DNA of 64,000 nt from an uncultured Clostridia bacterium (GTDB lineage: Bacteria; Bacillota; Clostridia; Christensenellales; CAG-917): positions 105,446 through 169,445 of the forward strand of contig CAUUJG010000001.1 in assembly GCA_963545485.1 (NCBI GenBank), in the 5' to 3' direction. The notes beneath the pieces are model-generated. The model had not been told where the DNA came from and made no database searches. It saw only the letters and a program-made list of their open reading frames with translations. Both the position numbers and the translations under genes were made by a program. Shown one piece after another: positions 19,151 to 28,154 of this stretch; positions within the stretch are counted from its first letter, which is position 1; every line of letters starts with the position of its first letter.

Positions 19151-20226
19151 TATTTATTCTCCATTTCAAACTTCTTCATGAAGTCAACGAGTTTTTTTAC
19201 GCCTTCATATGGCATTGCATTATAGATAGATGCACGCATACCACCAACAAGCTTATGCCCCTTTAAGGAAATCAAACCGTTTTCAGTCGCTTCTTTCACA
19301 AATTTTGCATCCATGTCCTTATTCGCCGTTACAAATGGAACATTCATTTTTGATCTAAATGGCTTTTCAACATTGTTTGTGTAGAAGTTAGAGTTGTCAA
19401 TGAAGTCATACAGAAGTTTAGCCTTTTTTTTGTTAATTTTTTCAATTTCTTCAACGCCACCCAAAGATTTAAGGTATCTTAAATTAAGCATCATCATATA
19501 TATAGACCAGCATGGAGGAGTGTTGTACATACTGTTTGTATTGATTTGAGTTTGATATTTAAGCATTGTAGGACAAATAGGAAGTTCCTTGCCAAGCAAA
19601 CTTTTCTTTACAATAACAATAGTTACTCCAGCAGGTGCTAGATTTTTCTGAGCTCCAGCATAAATAAGTCCATAATTATTTACATCAATAACTTCACTCA
19701 TTATGCATGAGGACATGTCAGAAACAATAGGTAAATCAGTATTTGGTAACTTATTATATTTTAGTCCAAATATTGTGTTGTTTTCTGTGATGTGCAGATA
19801 AGATGAATCTTTATCAAAGTCAGATTTCAATGTTTTAGGAATATATGTAAAGTTCTTATCTTCTGATGTCGCCACTAATTGTGTGGCACCATATTTTTGT
19901 GCTTCAATATAGGCTTTCTTTGAAAAGTTGCCGGTAACGATATAACTTGCTTTCCCAGTATGCATAAGGTTCAACGGTACAGCTTCAAATTGAGTAGATG
20001 CACCACCTTGAACAAGAGCAATATCATACTCGTCAGATATATTCATTAGTTCTCTGATTAATGAAATAGCTTCATTTTGAATGTCATCGTACCATTTGCT
20101 TCTATGGCTCATTTCCATAACACTCAAACCAGCTCCTTGATAGTCAAGCAAGTTCTTTTGAGCTTCTTCTAAAACTGCTAAAGGTAATACGCTTGGACCT
20201 GCTGAAAAGTTGTAAACTCTAGACAT
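19150..20226 (-). CDS. serC: phosphoserine aminotransferase
   Basis: MSRVYNFSAGPSVLP...MEMSHRSK..., class V aminotransferase of SerC type. Confidence 0.92.
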   Translation of the reverse strand: MSRVYNFSAGPSVLPLAVLEEAQKNLLDYQGAGLSVMEMSHRSKWYDDIQNEAISLIRELMNISDEYDIALVQGGASTQFEAVPLNLMHTGKASYIVTGNFSKKAYIEAQKYGATQLVATSEDKNFTYIPKTLKSDFDKDSSYLHITENNTIFGLKYNKLPNTDLPIVSDMSSCIMSEVIDVNNYGLIYAGAQKNLAPAGVTIVIVKKSLLGKELPICPTMLKYQTQINTNSMYNTPPCWSIYMMMLNLRYLKSLGGVEEIEKINKKKAKLLYDFIDNSNFYTNNVEKPFRSKMNVPFVTANKDMDAKFVKEATENGLISLKGHKLVGGMRASIYNAMPYEGVKKLVDFMKKFEMENK

Positions 20227-20367
20227 TTTTCAATCCTCCTTTGAATCACAAATGCTAGATAAAAGTATATAGCTTGCTACATATGATGTAAAGATAACGC
20301 AGGTTGAAAAAGCAACACTAGAAATAGAAGCATTTAAAAATATGTAGAATGCAACCTGTCTCAGCCA

Positions 20368-20449
20368 GTGAAAACTTTTCCACTTAACCAAAAAACATTT
20401 CAGTGGTACTGAAAACTTTTATTGATTTCAATAAAACATTTCAGTATTA
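20368..20449. repeat. imperfect 41-bp tandem duplication upstream of the first COG1373 ATPase gene
   Basis: Units 20368-20408 and 20409-20449 match at 29 of 41 positions. Cores tgaaaactttt and aaaacatttcagt each recur exactly 41 bp apart. Confidence 0.6.
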
Positions 20450-20466
20450 TTAAAAAGAGGTTATTT

Positions 20467-21651
20467 ATGATTAAGAGAGAACAATACATGTCAAAGATAA
20501 GACCTTTTTATGATTCCGATTTGATTAAAGTTATTACTGGAATTAGAAGATGTGGAAAATCAGTTATTTTAGATGAGATACGAAAAGAAATTGAAATAAA
20601 AAGTAACAACACAATATTTTTAAATCTAGAACACATTTACGATATTGATAAAGTTCAAACAGCTAGGGCGTTGGTTGAGTATGTTAGAAATAATCGCAAG
20701 AGTGATGACCTTTGTTATTTGTTTATAGATGAAATACAAAATATGTCTCAGTGGGTTGATGCTGTGAAAACATTAAGATTAGAGAAATGCTCTATTTTTA
20801 TATCAGGCTCAAACTCAAAGATGCTCTCGAGAGAATTTATCAATGAATTATCGGGAAGGCATGTCTCGTTTCAAATTAGACCATTTGTTTATGTTGAATT
20901 AAAAAAATATGCGGAGGATTTGGGCGTTGAAGTTGATATTTTAAATTATCTGACATGGGGAGGTTTTCCTAAACGGCTTGAGTTTAAAAATACAGAAGAC
21001 CAGATTAAATATTTGGAAGATATTGACACCTCCATAGTCATACATGATTTGATAGCTAGATATAAAATAAAAAAAGAGGTTCTGTTTAAGAGGATAGTTA
21101 ATTTTGTATTGAGAAATAATTCGAGAATTTTTTCAGCAAAGTCTGTTTATGATTACATATTGAATGAAGGCTACACATGTTCAATTAACACGGTTATGAA
21201 TTTTATAAATTATTTGAAAGAAGCATTTCTAATAGAAGAAATAAAACAATATTCGACAAAAGTTAAAAGAGAACTTAGTTACTTCGGGAAACTATACAAT
21301 ATGGATGTTTCATCAAATTCTATAAGGGCTGACAGAAACCGTTTTGACATAGAACACAACTTAGAGAATATTGTATTTAATGAGTTGATATATAAAGGAT
21401 ACAAAGTACAATTATATAATTTGAATGGATATGAAATTGATTTCCGATGTGAAAAAAAGTCAAAGATCATATTTGTTCAAGTTGCATACAGTGTGGTGAA
21501 TGAAAGTACATATAATAGAGAAATGAAACCTTTTAGTTTGCTTGATAATAGCAACGAAAAGATTTTAATAACAACCGATAAAATAGATTATTCGACATCG
21601 ACAGTGCGACATATTGAATTAGAGAAGTTCTTATTACAAGAAGATATTTAG
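20467..21651 (+). CDS. AAA+ ATPase of the COG1373 / AAA_14-DUF4143 type
   Basis: Start taken at MIKREQY after AAGAGG. Walker A GIRRCGKS, Walker B LFIDEIQ. C-terminal GYEIDF...FVQVAYSV block as in this family. Confidence 0.8.
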   Translation: MIKREQYMSKIRPFYDSDLIKVITGIRRCGKSVILDEIRKEIEIKSNNTIFLNLEHIYDIDKVQTARALVEYVRNNRKSDDLCYLFIDEIQNMSQWVDAVKTLRLEKCSIFISGSNSKMLSREFINELSGRHVSFQIRPFVYVELKKYAEDLGVEVDILNYLTWGGFPKRLEFKNTEDQIKYLEDIDTSIVIHDLIARYKIKKEVLFKRIVNFVLRNNSRIFSAKSVYDYILNEGYTCSINTVMNFINYLKEAFLIEEIKQYSTKVKRELSYFGKLYNMDVSSNSIRADRNRFDIEHNLENIVFNELIYKGYKVQLYNLNGYEIDFRCEKKSKIIFVQVAYSVVNESTYNREMKPFSLLDNSNEKILITTDKIDYSTSTVRHIELEKFLLQEDI

Positions 21652-21864
21652 CGTTTCAGTGGTGCAATAAACTTCATTAGAAATATGAAGATAAGGCAAA
21701 ATATTCTCAGAGGGGTAATTCAGTATAATGGTCATCTGAACCCATTTGATTTCAAGGCATTTAAAAATCGATATTTATCATGTGCATAAACTTTTGGGTT
21801 TTACTTTTTACAACAGTACCTTTATATATTAATATACTTACATAAATAAAAAACGGATGATTAA

Positions 21865-22650
21865 ATGATTAAAGAATTGGAAAATATAAATTTATATATA
21901 TTTGATCTTGATGGAACAATTTATATTGGCAACAAAGAAATTGAGGGAGCCTTTGATACAATTAGAAAGCTTCGTGCAATGGGTAAACAAATATGTTTTT
22001 TCACAAACAATAGTTCAAGAAATCATAATGAGTATATTAAAAAATTTGCCGATATGGGGCTGAGTATTTCGAAAAATGAAATATATACAAGTGGGCAAGC
22101 TACATGTGAATGGCTTGTTGATAATTATAAACACAGCAAAGTATTTCTATTAGGGAATCCGGCACTGCAAACAGAATTTAATGAATACGGGATAACCCTT
22201 GATGAGAAAGATCCTGATATTTGTGTTGTAGCTTTTGATACATCACTTGAATATGGTAGGGTGTATAACTTTTGCAAGAAGTTATATCAGCATAAAGAGA
22301 TTTTATATGTGGCGACCCATCCAGATGAATCATGTCCTGCCGAAGAATGTCCGATGCCAGATGTTGGAGCAATTATTGACCTTATAAAAGATACAATTGG
22401 TAGAGCACCTGATACGATTATAGGCAAGCCATTTATCTCCGCTGGCGAAAGAATCCAGAAGCGTTTTAATGCAAGTAAAGAAAATATAGCGATGGTGGGG
22501 GATAGACTGAATACAGATATTGCTTTTGGTAATAATTGCGGATTTAAATCTATTCTTGTGTTGTCTGGCGAAACAGATAAAGACATGTTAAGCAAATCAA
22601 AAATTAAACCTAGTATAGTTTTAAATAGTGTAAAAGACATTGTGAGGTAA
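21865..22650 (+). CDS. HAD-IIA family phosphatase (NagD-like)
   Basis: DLDGTIY, FFTNNSS, MVGDRLNTDI. Confidence 0.85.
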   Translation: MIKELENINLYIFDLDGTIYIGNKEIEGAFDTIRKLRAMGKQICFFTNNSSRNHNEYIKKFADMGLSISKNEIYTSGQATCEWLVDNYKHSKVFLLGNPALQTEFNEYGITLDEKDPDICVVAFDTSLEYGRVYNFCKKLYQHKEILYVATHPDESCPAEECPMPDVGAIIDLIKDTIGRAPDTIIGKPFISAGERIQKRFNASKENIAMVGDRLNTDIAFGNNCGFKSILVLSGETDKDMLSKSKIKPSIVLNSVKDIVR

Positions 22651-22652
22651 GA

Positions 22653-24332
22653 GTGAACTTGTTATTGGCAACAAAAAATGGAAATACAGTATGGCCTCAG
22701 TGGCTTATTTTTGCGATATATACTGTAGCTATACTTTCGATTGCTATATATACAAGAAAGAAGAGTAAGAGTGTAAATGAATTTATGTTTGCCAATAAAA
22801 ATGTGGGCGGATGGTTAAGTGCTTTTTCATATGGAACCACTTATTTTTCAGCAGTTGTCTTTATTGGGTTTGCAGGTAAAACAGGATGGACATATGGGTT
22901 CTCAAGTATATGGATAGGAATAGGGAATGCAATATTTGGGACACTTCTTGCATGGTTAGTTTTAGCAAAAAGAACTAAGTTCATGACGAGTAAATTAAAT
23001 GCAAAAACAATGCCTGAATTTTTTGAAAAGAGATATGATTCAAAGTATATAAAATTGTTTTCGGCATTGATAATATTTGTATTCTTAGTTCCATACTCAG
23101 CATCAGTATATCAAGGTATGGGATATATGTTTGAAAAGACGCTTGGACTTAAAGCATATTATTGCATTTTGATTCTTGCTATCCTGACATCAATATACTT
23201 ATTTGTTGGCGGTTATTTCGCAACAACCCTTACAGATTTCATTCAGGGGATTATTATGATTTTCGGTTTGATAACGGTTATTGGGGTGTTGTTTGGTAGG
23301 AATGGAGGAAGCAAAATACCAGATAATCTTACTAATTTTAACTTTGCAGGCAGTAAGGGGTTTATACCTCATGGGAAGGGAAAGTTTTTTGAGAGTCCTC
23401 TGTTTAATATTTCAATCTTAACATTACTTACATCTTTTGGTATTTGGGGATTGCCTCAGTCAATACATAAATTTTATGCAATCAAAGATGAGAGTGAGAT
23501 TAAGAAGGGAACAATTATATCAACAGTATTTGCAGCGATAATTGGAATTGGAGCCTATTTGATGGGAGCACTTGTATCCGTGGCATTCAGCGAAAATGAA
23601 GTGAGTAAGATAGGAATAGATAAGCTTGTACCTACAATGCTACTTGATAATTTGCCATCTGCTTTGTTCGGGCTGATTATGGTTTTGTTATTTTCCGCAT
23701 CAATGTCAACATTGGCTGCATTATCTCTTTCATCGTCATCAACTATAACTATCGACATTATAAATGGTTATGGTAAAAAGAAATTAAAGGAAAAACAGAC
23801 TAATATAGTTCTAAGAGTTTTTTGTCTTGTGTTTGTAGGGGTGTCCGCAATCCTAGCAGGATTTCAAGTTCAAGCCATCGTTACTTTAATGGCGTTAGGA
23901 TGGGGAGCAATAGCCGGATGCTTTATAGGACCCTATGTATATGGGTTATTCTGGAAAAAAACAAATAAGGCTGGGGCATATGCTTCATTTATCACAGGGT
24001 TATTATTAACTTTGATTTTAACATTCGTATTCGGAGCAGTGAAAACGCCAGTAGGAACAAGAACATTTGCCAAGCTGGTTAAGAACGGGGTTTCACAGAG
24101 TCCGGTAATAGGAGTCATTACAATGATTGCTAGTATGATAGTTACTCCAATGTTTAGTGCAATATTTAAAAACATGTCTAACACACCAGAAGTTGATAAG
24201 TTGTTTATTACAAGTGGTAATGCAATGTTTGTTGAATCAGATATGAATGATGAAAAAGATGAAGATAATGCAAATAAAGAAAATGAAATCAATGATAAAG
24301 AAAAAATTGTTGAGGACAACATAAATGAATAA
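22653..24332 (+). CDS. sodium:solute symporter (SSS family) with an acidic tail
   Basis: About 13 TM segments, SSS-like N-terminus. GTG start 2 nt after the HAD stop. Confidence 0.8.
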   Translation: MNLLLATKNGNTVWPQWLIFAIYTVAILSIAIYTRKKSKSVNEFMFANKNVGGWLSAFSYGTTYFSAVVFIGFAGKTGWTYGFSSIWIGIGNAIFGTLLAWLVLAKRTKFMTSKLNAKTMPEFFEKRYDSKYIKLFSALIIFVFLVPYSASVYQGMGYMFEKTLGLKAYYCILILAILTSIYLFVGGYFATTLTDFIQGIIMIFGLITVIGVLFGRNGGSKIPDNLTNFNFAGSKGFIPHGKGKFFESPLFNISILTLLTSFGIWGLPQSIHKFYAIKDESEIKKGTIISTVFAAIIGIGAYLMGALVSVAFSENEVSKIGIDKLVPTMLLDNLPSALFGLIMVLLFSASMSTLAALSLSSSSTITIDIINGYGKKKLKEKQTNIVLRVFCLVFVGVSAILAGFQVQAIVTLMALGWGAIAGCFIGPYVYGLFWKKTNKAGAYASFITGLLLTLILTFVFGAVKTPVGTRTFAKLVKNGVSQSPVIGVITMIASMIVTPMFSAIFKNMSNTPEVDKLFITSGNAMFVESDMNDEKDEDNANKENEINDKEKIVEDNINE

Positions 24333-25887
24333 GAGATATGTTTTAACCATAGACTATGGTACACAGAGTGTTAGGGCGATTATATATGATCAGTTCGGTA
24401 CAGAATGTGGTAAAGAGCAATATAAATTTGAACCATATTTTTCTCTTCAGCCTGGATGGGCAGAACAAGAAGTTGAAACATATTGGAAAAATTTAACCGT
24501 CTCAACTAAGGCACTTAGACAGCAGGTTGGGGAAGAAATCTGGAACAAAGTAGAGGCAATGTCTATAACAACCATGAGAGATTCGGTAATTCTCATGGAT
24601 AAAGATAGAAATGTTTTAAGACCATGTATTTTGTGGTTGGATCAGAGAGAGTGCAAGGAAGCGGAATTTGATATAAAACCGATGGCAAAGGCTGCTTTTA
24701 AAATGGCTAAAATGTACGATACTGCAGTACGCCAAAGAACAAAATCCCCATGCAATTGGATTAAAAGGAATGAACCTGAAATATGGAACAAAATGGATAA
24801 GTATATTTTGTTTTCATGTTATATGAACTATAGACTTACAGGCGTATTGAAAGACTGTGTGGCAAACACAATAGGGCATTTACCTTTTGATTATAAAAAT
24901 AAAAAGTGGGCTGACGATTCACTAATAACCGCAGGGTTGTATGATGTAAAAAAAAGACACATGCCGGACTTGATAGAACCAGGTGAAGTCATAGGATACA
25001 TTACAAAAGAGGCATCAAAAGATACAGGCATTAAAGAAGGTATACCACTGATATCAACAGGTTCGGATAAAGGATGTGAAACAATTGGAACGGGATGCGT
25101 TGATTCAAAAGGAGCATCAATTTCGTTTGGAACTACAGCTACAATTCAGATGACTCTTGACAAATATGTAGAACCTCAAAAGTATGTGCCATCATATCCG
25201 GCAATTATAAAGAACAAATATAACACGGAGATACAAATATATAGAGGATACTGGTTACTGACATGGTTTAAGAATGAGTTTGCACACAAAGAGGTTGTAG
25301 AGGCAAAAAAACTTGGGTGTACGCCAGAGTATTTGTTGGATAAGCATTTATCTGAAATTCATCCTGGGTGCGATGGGTTGATTTTACAACCATATTGGTC
25401 GCCTGGGATCGCACTACCAAATGCAAGAGGGGCAATAATAGGATTTTCAGATTATCATACTAGAGCACATTTATATAGAGCGATAATTGAAGGCATTAAT
25501 TTTGGATTATATGATGGTTTAAAAGCTATTGAGAAAAAGGCGAATAATAGAGTGGAGTATCTAACAGTATCTGGAGGAGGTTCGCATTCAGATGAAATAT
25601 GCCAGATCACGGCAGATATGTTTGGATTACCAGTGAGAAAAATGCAAACATATGAGACAGGGTCGCTTGGAGCCGCAATGGCGGTATTTACTCATTTAGG
25701 AGTTTTTAAGAGTTTTGTTGAAGCATCAAAAAGCATGGCACATATAACAAAAGAATATGAACCAAATGTAGAAAATACTGAAATATACAAAAAACTTTAT
25801 AACAAAGTGTATAAAAAGATTTATCCTAATAACAAACACCTATACCTAAATATCAAAAAGATAATAGGTAAAAATGTTCAAAAATAA
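24325..25887 (+). CDS. FGGY-family carbohydrate kinase
   Basis: LTIDYGTQSVRA N-terminal motif and VSGGGSHSD C-terminal motif. Overlaps the symporter by 8 nt. Confidence 0.88.
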   Translation: MNKRYVLTIDYGTQSVRAIIYDQFGTECGKEQYKFEPYFSLQPGWAEQEVETYWKNLTVSTKALRQQVGEEIWNKVEAMSITTMRDSVILMDKDRNVLRPCILWLDQRECKEAEFDIKPMAKAAFKMAKMYDTAVRQRTKSPCNWIKRNEPEIWNKMDKYILFSCYMNYRLTGVLKDCVANTIGHLPFDYKNKKWADDSLITAGLYDVKKRHMPDLIEPGEVIGYITKEASKDTGIKEGIPLISTGSDKGCETIGTGCVDSKGASISFGTTATIQMTLDKYVEPQKYVPSYPAIIKNKYNTEIQIYRGYWLLTWFKNEFAHKEVVEAKKLGCTPEYLLDKHLSEIHPGCDGLILQPYWSPGIALPNARGAIIGFSDYHTRAHLYRAIIEGINFGLYDGLKAIEKKANNRVEYLTVSGGGSHSDEICQITADMFGLPVRKMQTYETGSLGAAMAVFTHLGVFKSFVEASKSMAHITKEYEPNVENTEIYKKLYNKVYKKIYPNNKHLYLNIKKIIGKNVQK

Positions 25888-25904
25888 ATATATTAAATCT
25901 TAAA

Positions 25905-26201
25905 TTAGTCTTCTTTATCTGCCGAAGATGAGTGTGGGTTTTTAACTTCCTCTTCGTATGCGGCAATAAGTTTTTTAATTAATACTTCACGAGTCTCTGA
26001 ATTCAAAGGATGTGCAACATCTTTAAATTGCCCGTTTGGTAATTTACGGGAAGGCATAGCAATGAATAAACCGCCTTCACCATCGATAATTTTGATATCG
26101 TGTATTGCGATACAATCATCGATAACAATTGTAGCAACAGCTTTAAGCTTAATATCTGGTTTCTCTACAAGATAAACTCTGCTAACTTTAACATCTAACA
26201 T
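25905..26201 (-). CDS. spoVG: septation protein SpoVG
   Basis: MLDVKVSRVYLV...AVATIVIDDCIAIHDIKIIDGEGGLFIAMPSRK. Confidence 0.95.
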   Translation of the reverse strand: MLDVKVSRVYLVEKPDIKLKAVATIVIDDCIAIHDIKIIDGEGGLFIAMPSRKLPNGQFKDVAHPLNSETREVLIKKLIAAYEEEVKNPHSSSADKED

Positions 26202-26295
26202 ATAGTACTCCTTGGCTTGTGTTATGTTTTAATAATACAGTATGCCGAATCAAAAAACAATATTAAAAATTTTAAATTAAGTAGAAATAACTTTT

Positions 26296-26868
26296 TTAAT
26301 TGAGAGGAGTGCAACCGCAGTATTTTTGTCTGTAAATATCAAGTTCTTTACATTTTCTTATTGATTTCAACACACCATCACTTTTTTTGAAGTCCGATGC
26401 TAAATAACAAATTTTGTATTTATCAGCAATATCGTATCCGATGGAATTAATTAGTTGAGCATTTTTATGAGGGCTCAATGTTAATGTTGTAGCAAACGCA
26501 AAATATTTATTATTTTTAACTAAATACCTTGCAGTTTCAGCTAGACGAATAGTGAAACATGATGTACATCTCGAACCACCTTCAGGTATATTCATTTGAT
26601 CTTTTGCAAATGACAAAAAATCATCTGGTCTATATTTAGGAATTATTATATCAATTCCACTATATGCTTTAGTTAGTTTATGTAGATTTTCAAGACGCAA
26701 ATTATATTCTTTTTCAGGAAGTATGTTTGGATTGTAGTAGAAGAGAGTGAGGTCATAATGATCTACAAGGTCGTCCAGAACACCAGCAGCACATGGAGCA
26801 CAGCATGTGTGAAGAAGCAATTTTCTGTGCTGTTTATCTTTAAATGTATTGATATCTATTGATTGCAT
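26296..26868 (-). CDS. queH: epoxyqueuosine reductase QueH (DUF208)
   Basis: LLLHTCCAPCAAGVL, GGSRCTSCF, YCGC cysteine pattern. Confidence 0.88.
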   Translation of the reverse strand: MQSIDINTFKDKQHRKLLLHTCCAPCAAGVLDDLVDHYDLTLFYYNPNILPEKEYNLRLENLHKLTKAYSGIDIIIPKYRPDDFLSFAKDQMNIPEGGSRCTSCFTIRLAETARYLVKNNKYFAFATTLTLSPHKNAQLINSIGYDIADKYKICYLASDFKKSDGVLKSIRKCKELDIYRQKYCGCTPLN

Positions 26869-27053
26869 ATGCTAAGAGTACCAAAAATACAGTATAAATC
26901 AAGAAAATATACAAAAAGAATAAAAATAAATGGATTAGAATGCCTAAAATCGATAAAAATAAAATCAAAAATCTAAAATATTTAAAAGGAACATCATTTG
27001 ATTATAGGTAATACTTAATATATTATATAAACATCTATTTGCGAGGGCATAAT

Positions 27054-28154
27054 ATGGCAAAACAAACCAATGAAGAAAAATTGAAAAATAAAAAATTCAT
27101 ATGTGGGAATCTTTTTACAAATGCCGATGTGAGAGTTGAACCAGAGGAAGTTCAAGTTCAAGTCATTAAAGGTTATGTTTCTGCACAAAAAAAATTAGAA
27201 TTTAAACCAAATGCATTTTTTTCGAGAGCCAGTGCGGTGATTCGTGGACAAATTGGTAACATATTTAAGTCATGTCTCATTTTTGTTTTATTTCTTGTTC
27301 CGTTTTTTTTAACAATATTTTATCTTTCATCGCTTCTTGATAAGAGTGCTGTCGGTAAATATAATTTCATGTCTGACATAGGAATAGGATATGGCGGTGA
27401 AGGACATAACATGGCGAAGGAATGGTTGCAATATACATTGAAATCAAGACTTCCATTGATATCAATGCTTGTGATAGCTATGATGATTGCATCAATTGCG
27501 GTGCCTGGATTGTATTATGTTGCCAAGAGGGTATATTTTCAGGATACATTTACAAAGAAAATTCAAACATTTTTTTTAGGTGTGAAAAAATATTGGTGGC
27601 AATTTATTCTTACATTCAGTCTAATCGGGATTATGGTTGCAGCAATGATGTTAATTACAATGTACATTGATGCAGCAAGAGTTCCAAGTTCAGGACACAA
27701 TATTTCAGCAGGATGGTATGCGTTGGGAGTTGTGATTTATTTAATTGGAACATTGACAATAATGTTTTCATTAGTATTGTTACCATTATATGTTTCATAT
27801 AATTTGAAATATGGTCAAGCTATAAAAAATACATTTGTAATAATATTTAATTCTCCGATAGCGGTCGTATTGACATTTCTTATAACATCTTTACCGATGG
27901 TTTTAGGTTCAATTAATAAGATTGTTTTTGGCATAGTTCTTGCAATAATGGGAATAATAGGATTTGTAATAGAATGTGTATTTTGGACAGCATTGATTCA
28001 CAGATCCATGTGCAAATGTAATATGCTTGATACGCTTGCCGTAAGGAAAGTACAGACCGTACAGAGAGCAGTAAATTATGCAAGTCAGCCAAAGAAAAAG
28101 AAAAAGGCAAAAGTACAATTTGTAAGCCCACATAAAAATAGGAAAAATAAATGA
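27054..28154 (+). CDS. polytopic membrane protein, YesL/DUF624-like, with a Lys-rich tail
   Basis: ATG at 27054 after GAGGG. About 6 TM segments. The DUF624-like AVPGLYYVAKRVYFQD...FFLGVKKYWWQ resemblance is by eye only. Confidence 0.45.
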   Translation: MAKQTNEEKLKNKKFICGNLFTNADVRVEPEEVQVQVIKGYVSAQKKLEFKPNAFFSRASAVIRGQIGNIFKSCLIFVLFLVPFFLTIFYLSSLLDKSAVGKYNFMSDIGIGYGGEGHNMAKEWLQYTLKSRLPLISMLVIAMMIASIAVPGLYYVAKRVYFQDTFTKKIQTFFLGVKKYWWQFILTFSLIGIMVAAMMLITMYIDAARVPSSGHNISAGWYALGVVIYLIGTLTIMFSLVLLPLYVSYNLKYGQAIKNTFVIIFNSPIAVVLTFLITSLPMVLGSINKIVFGIVLAIMGIIGFVIECVFWTALIHRSMCKCNMLDTLAVRKVQTVQRAVNYASQPKKKKKAKVQFVSPHKNRKNK

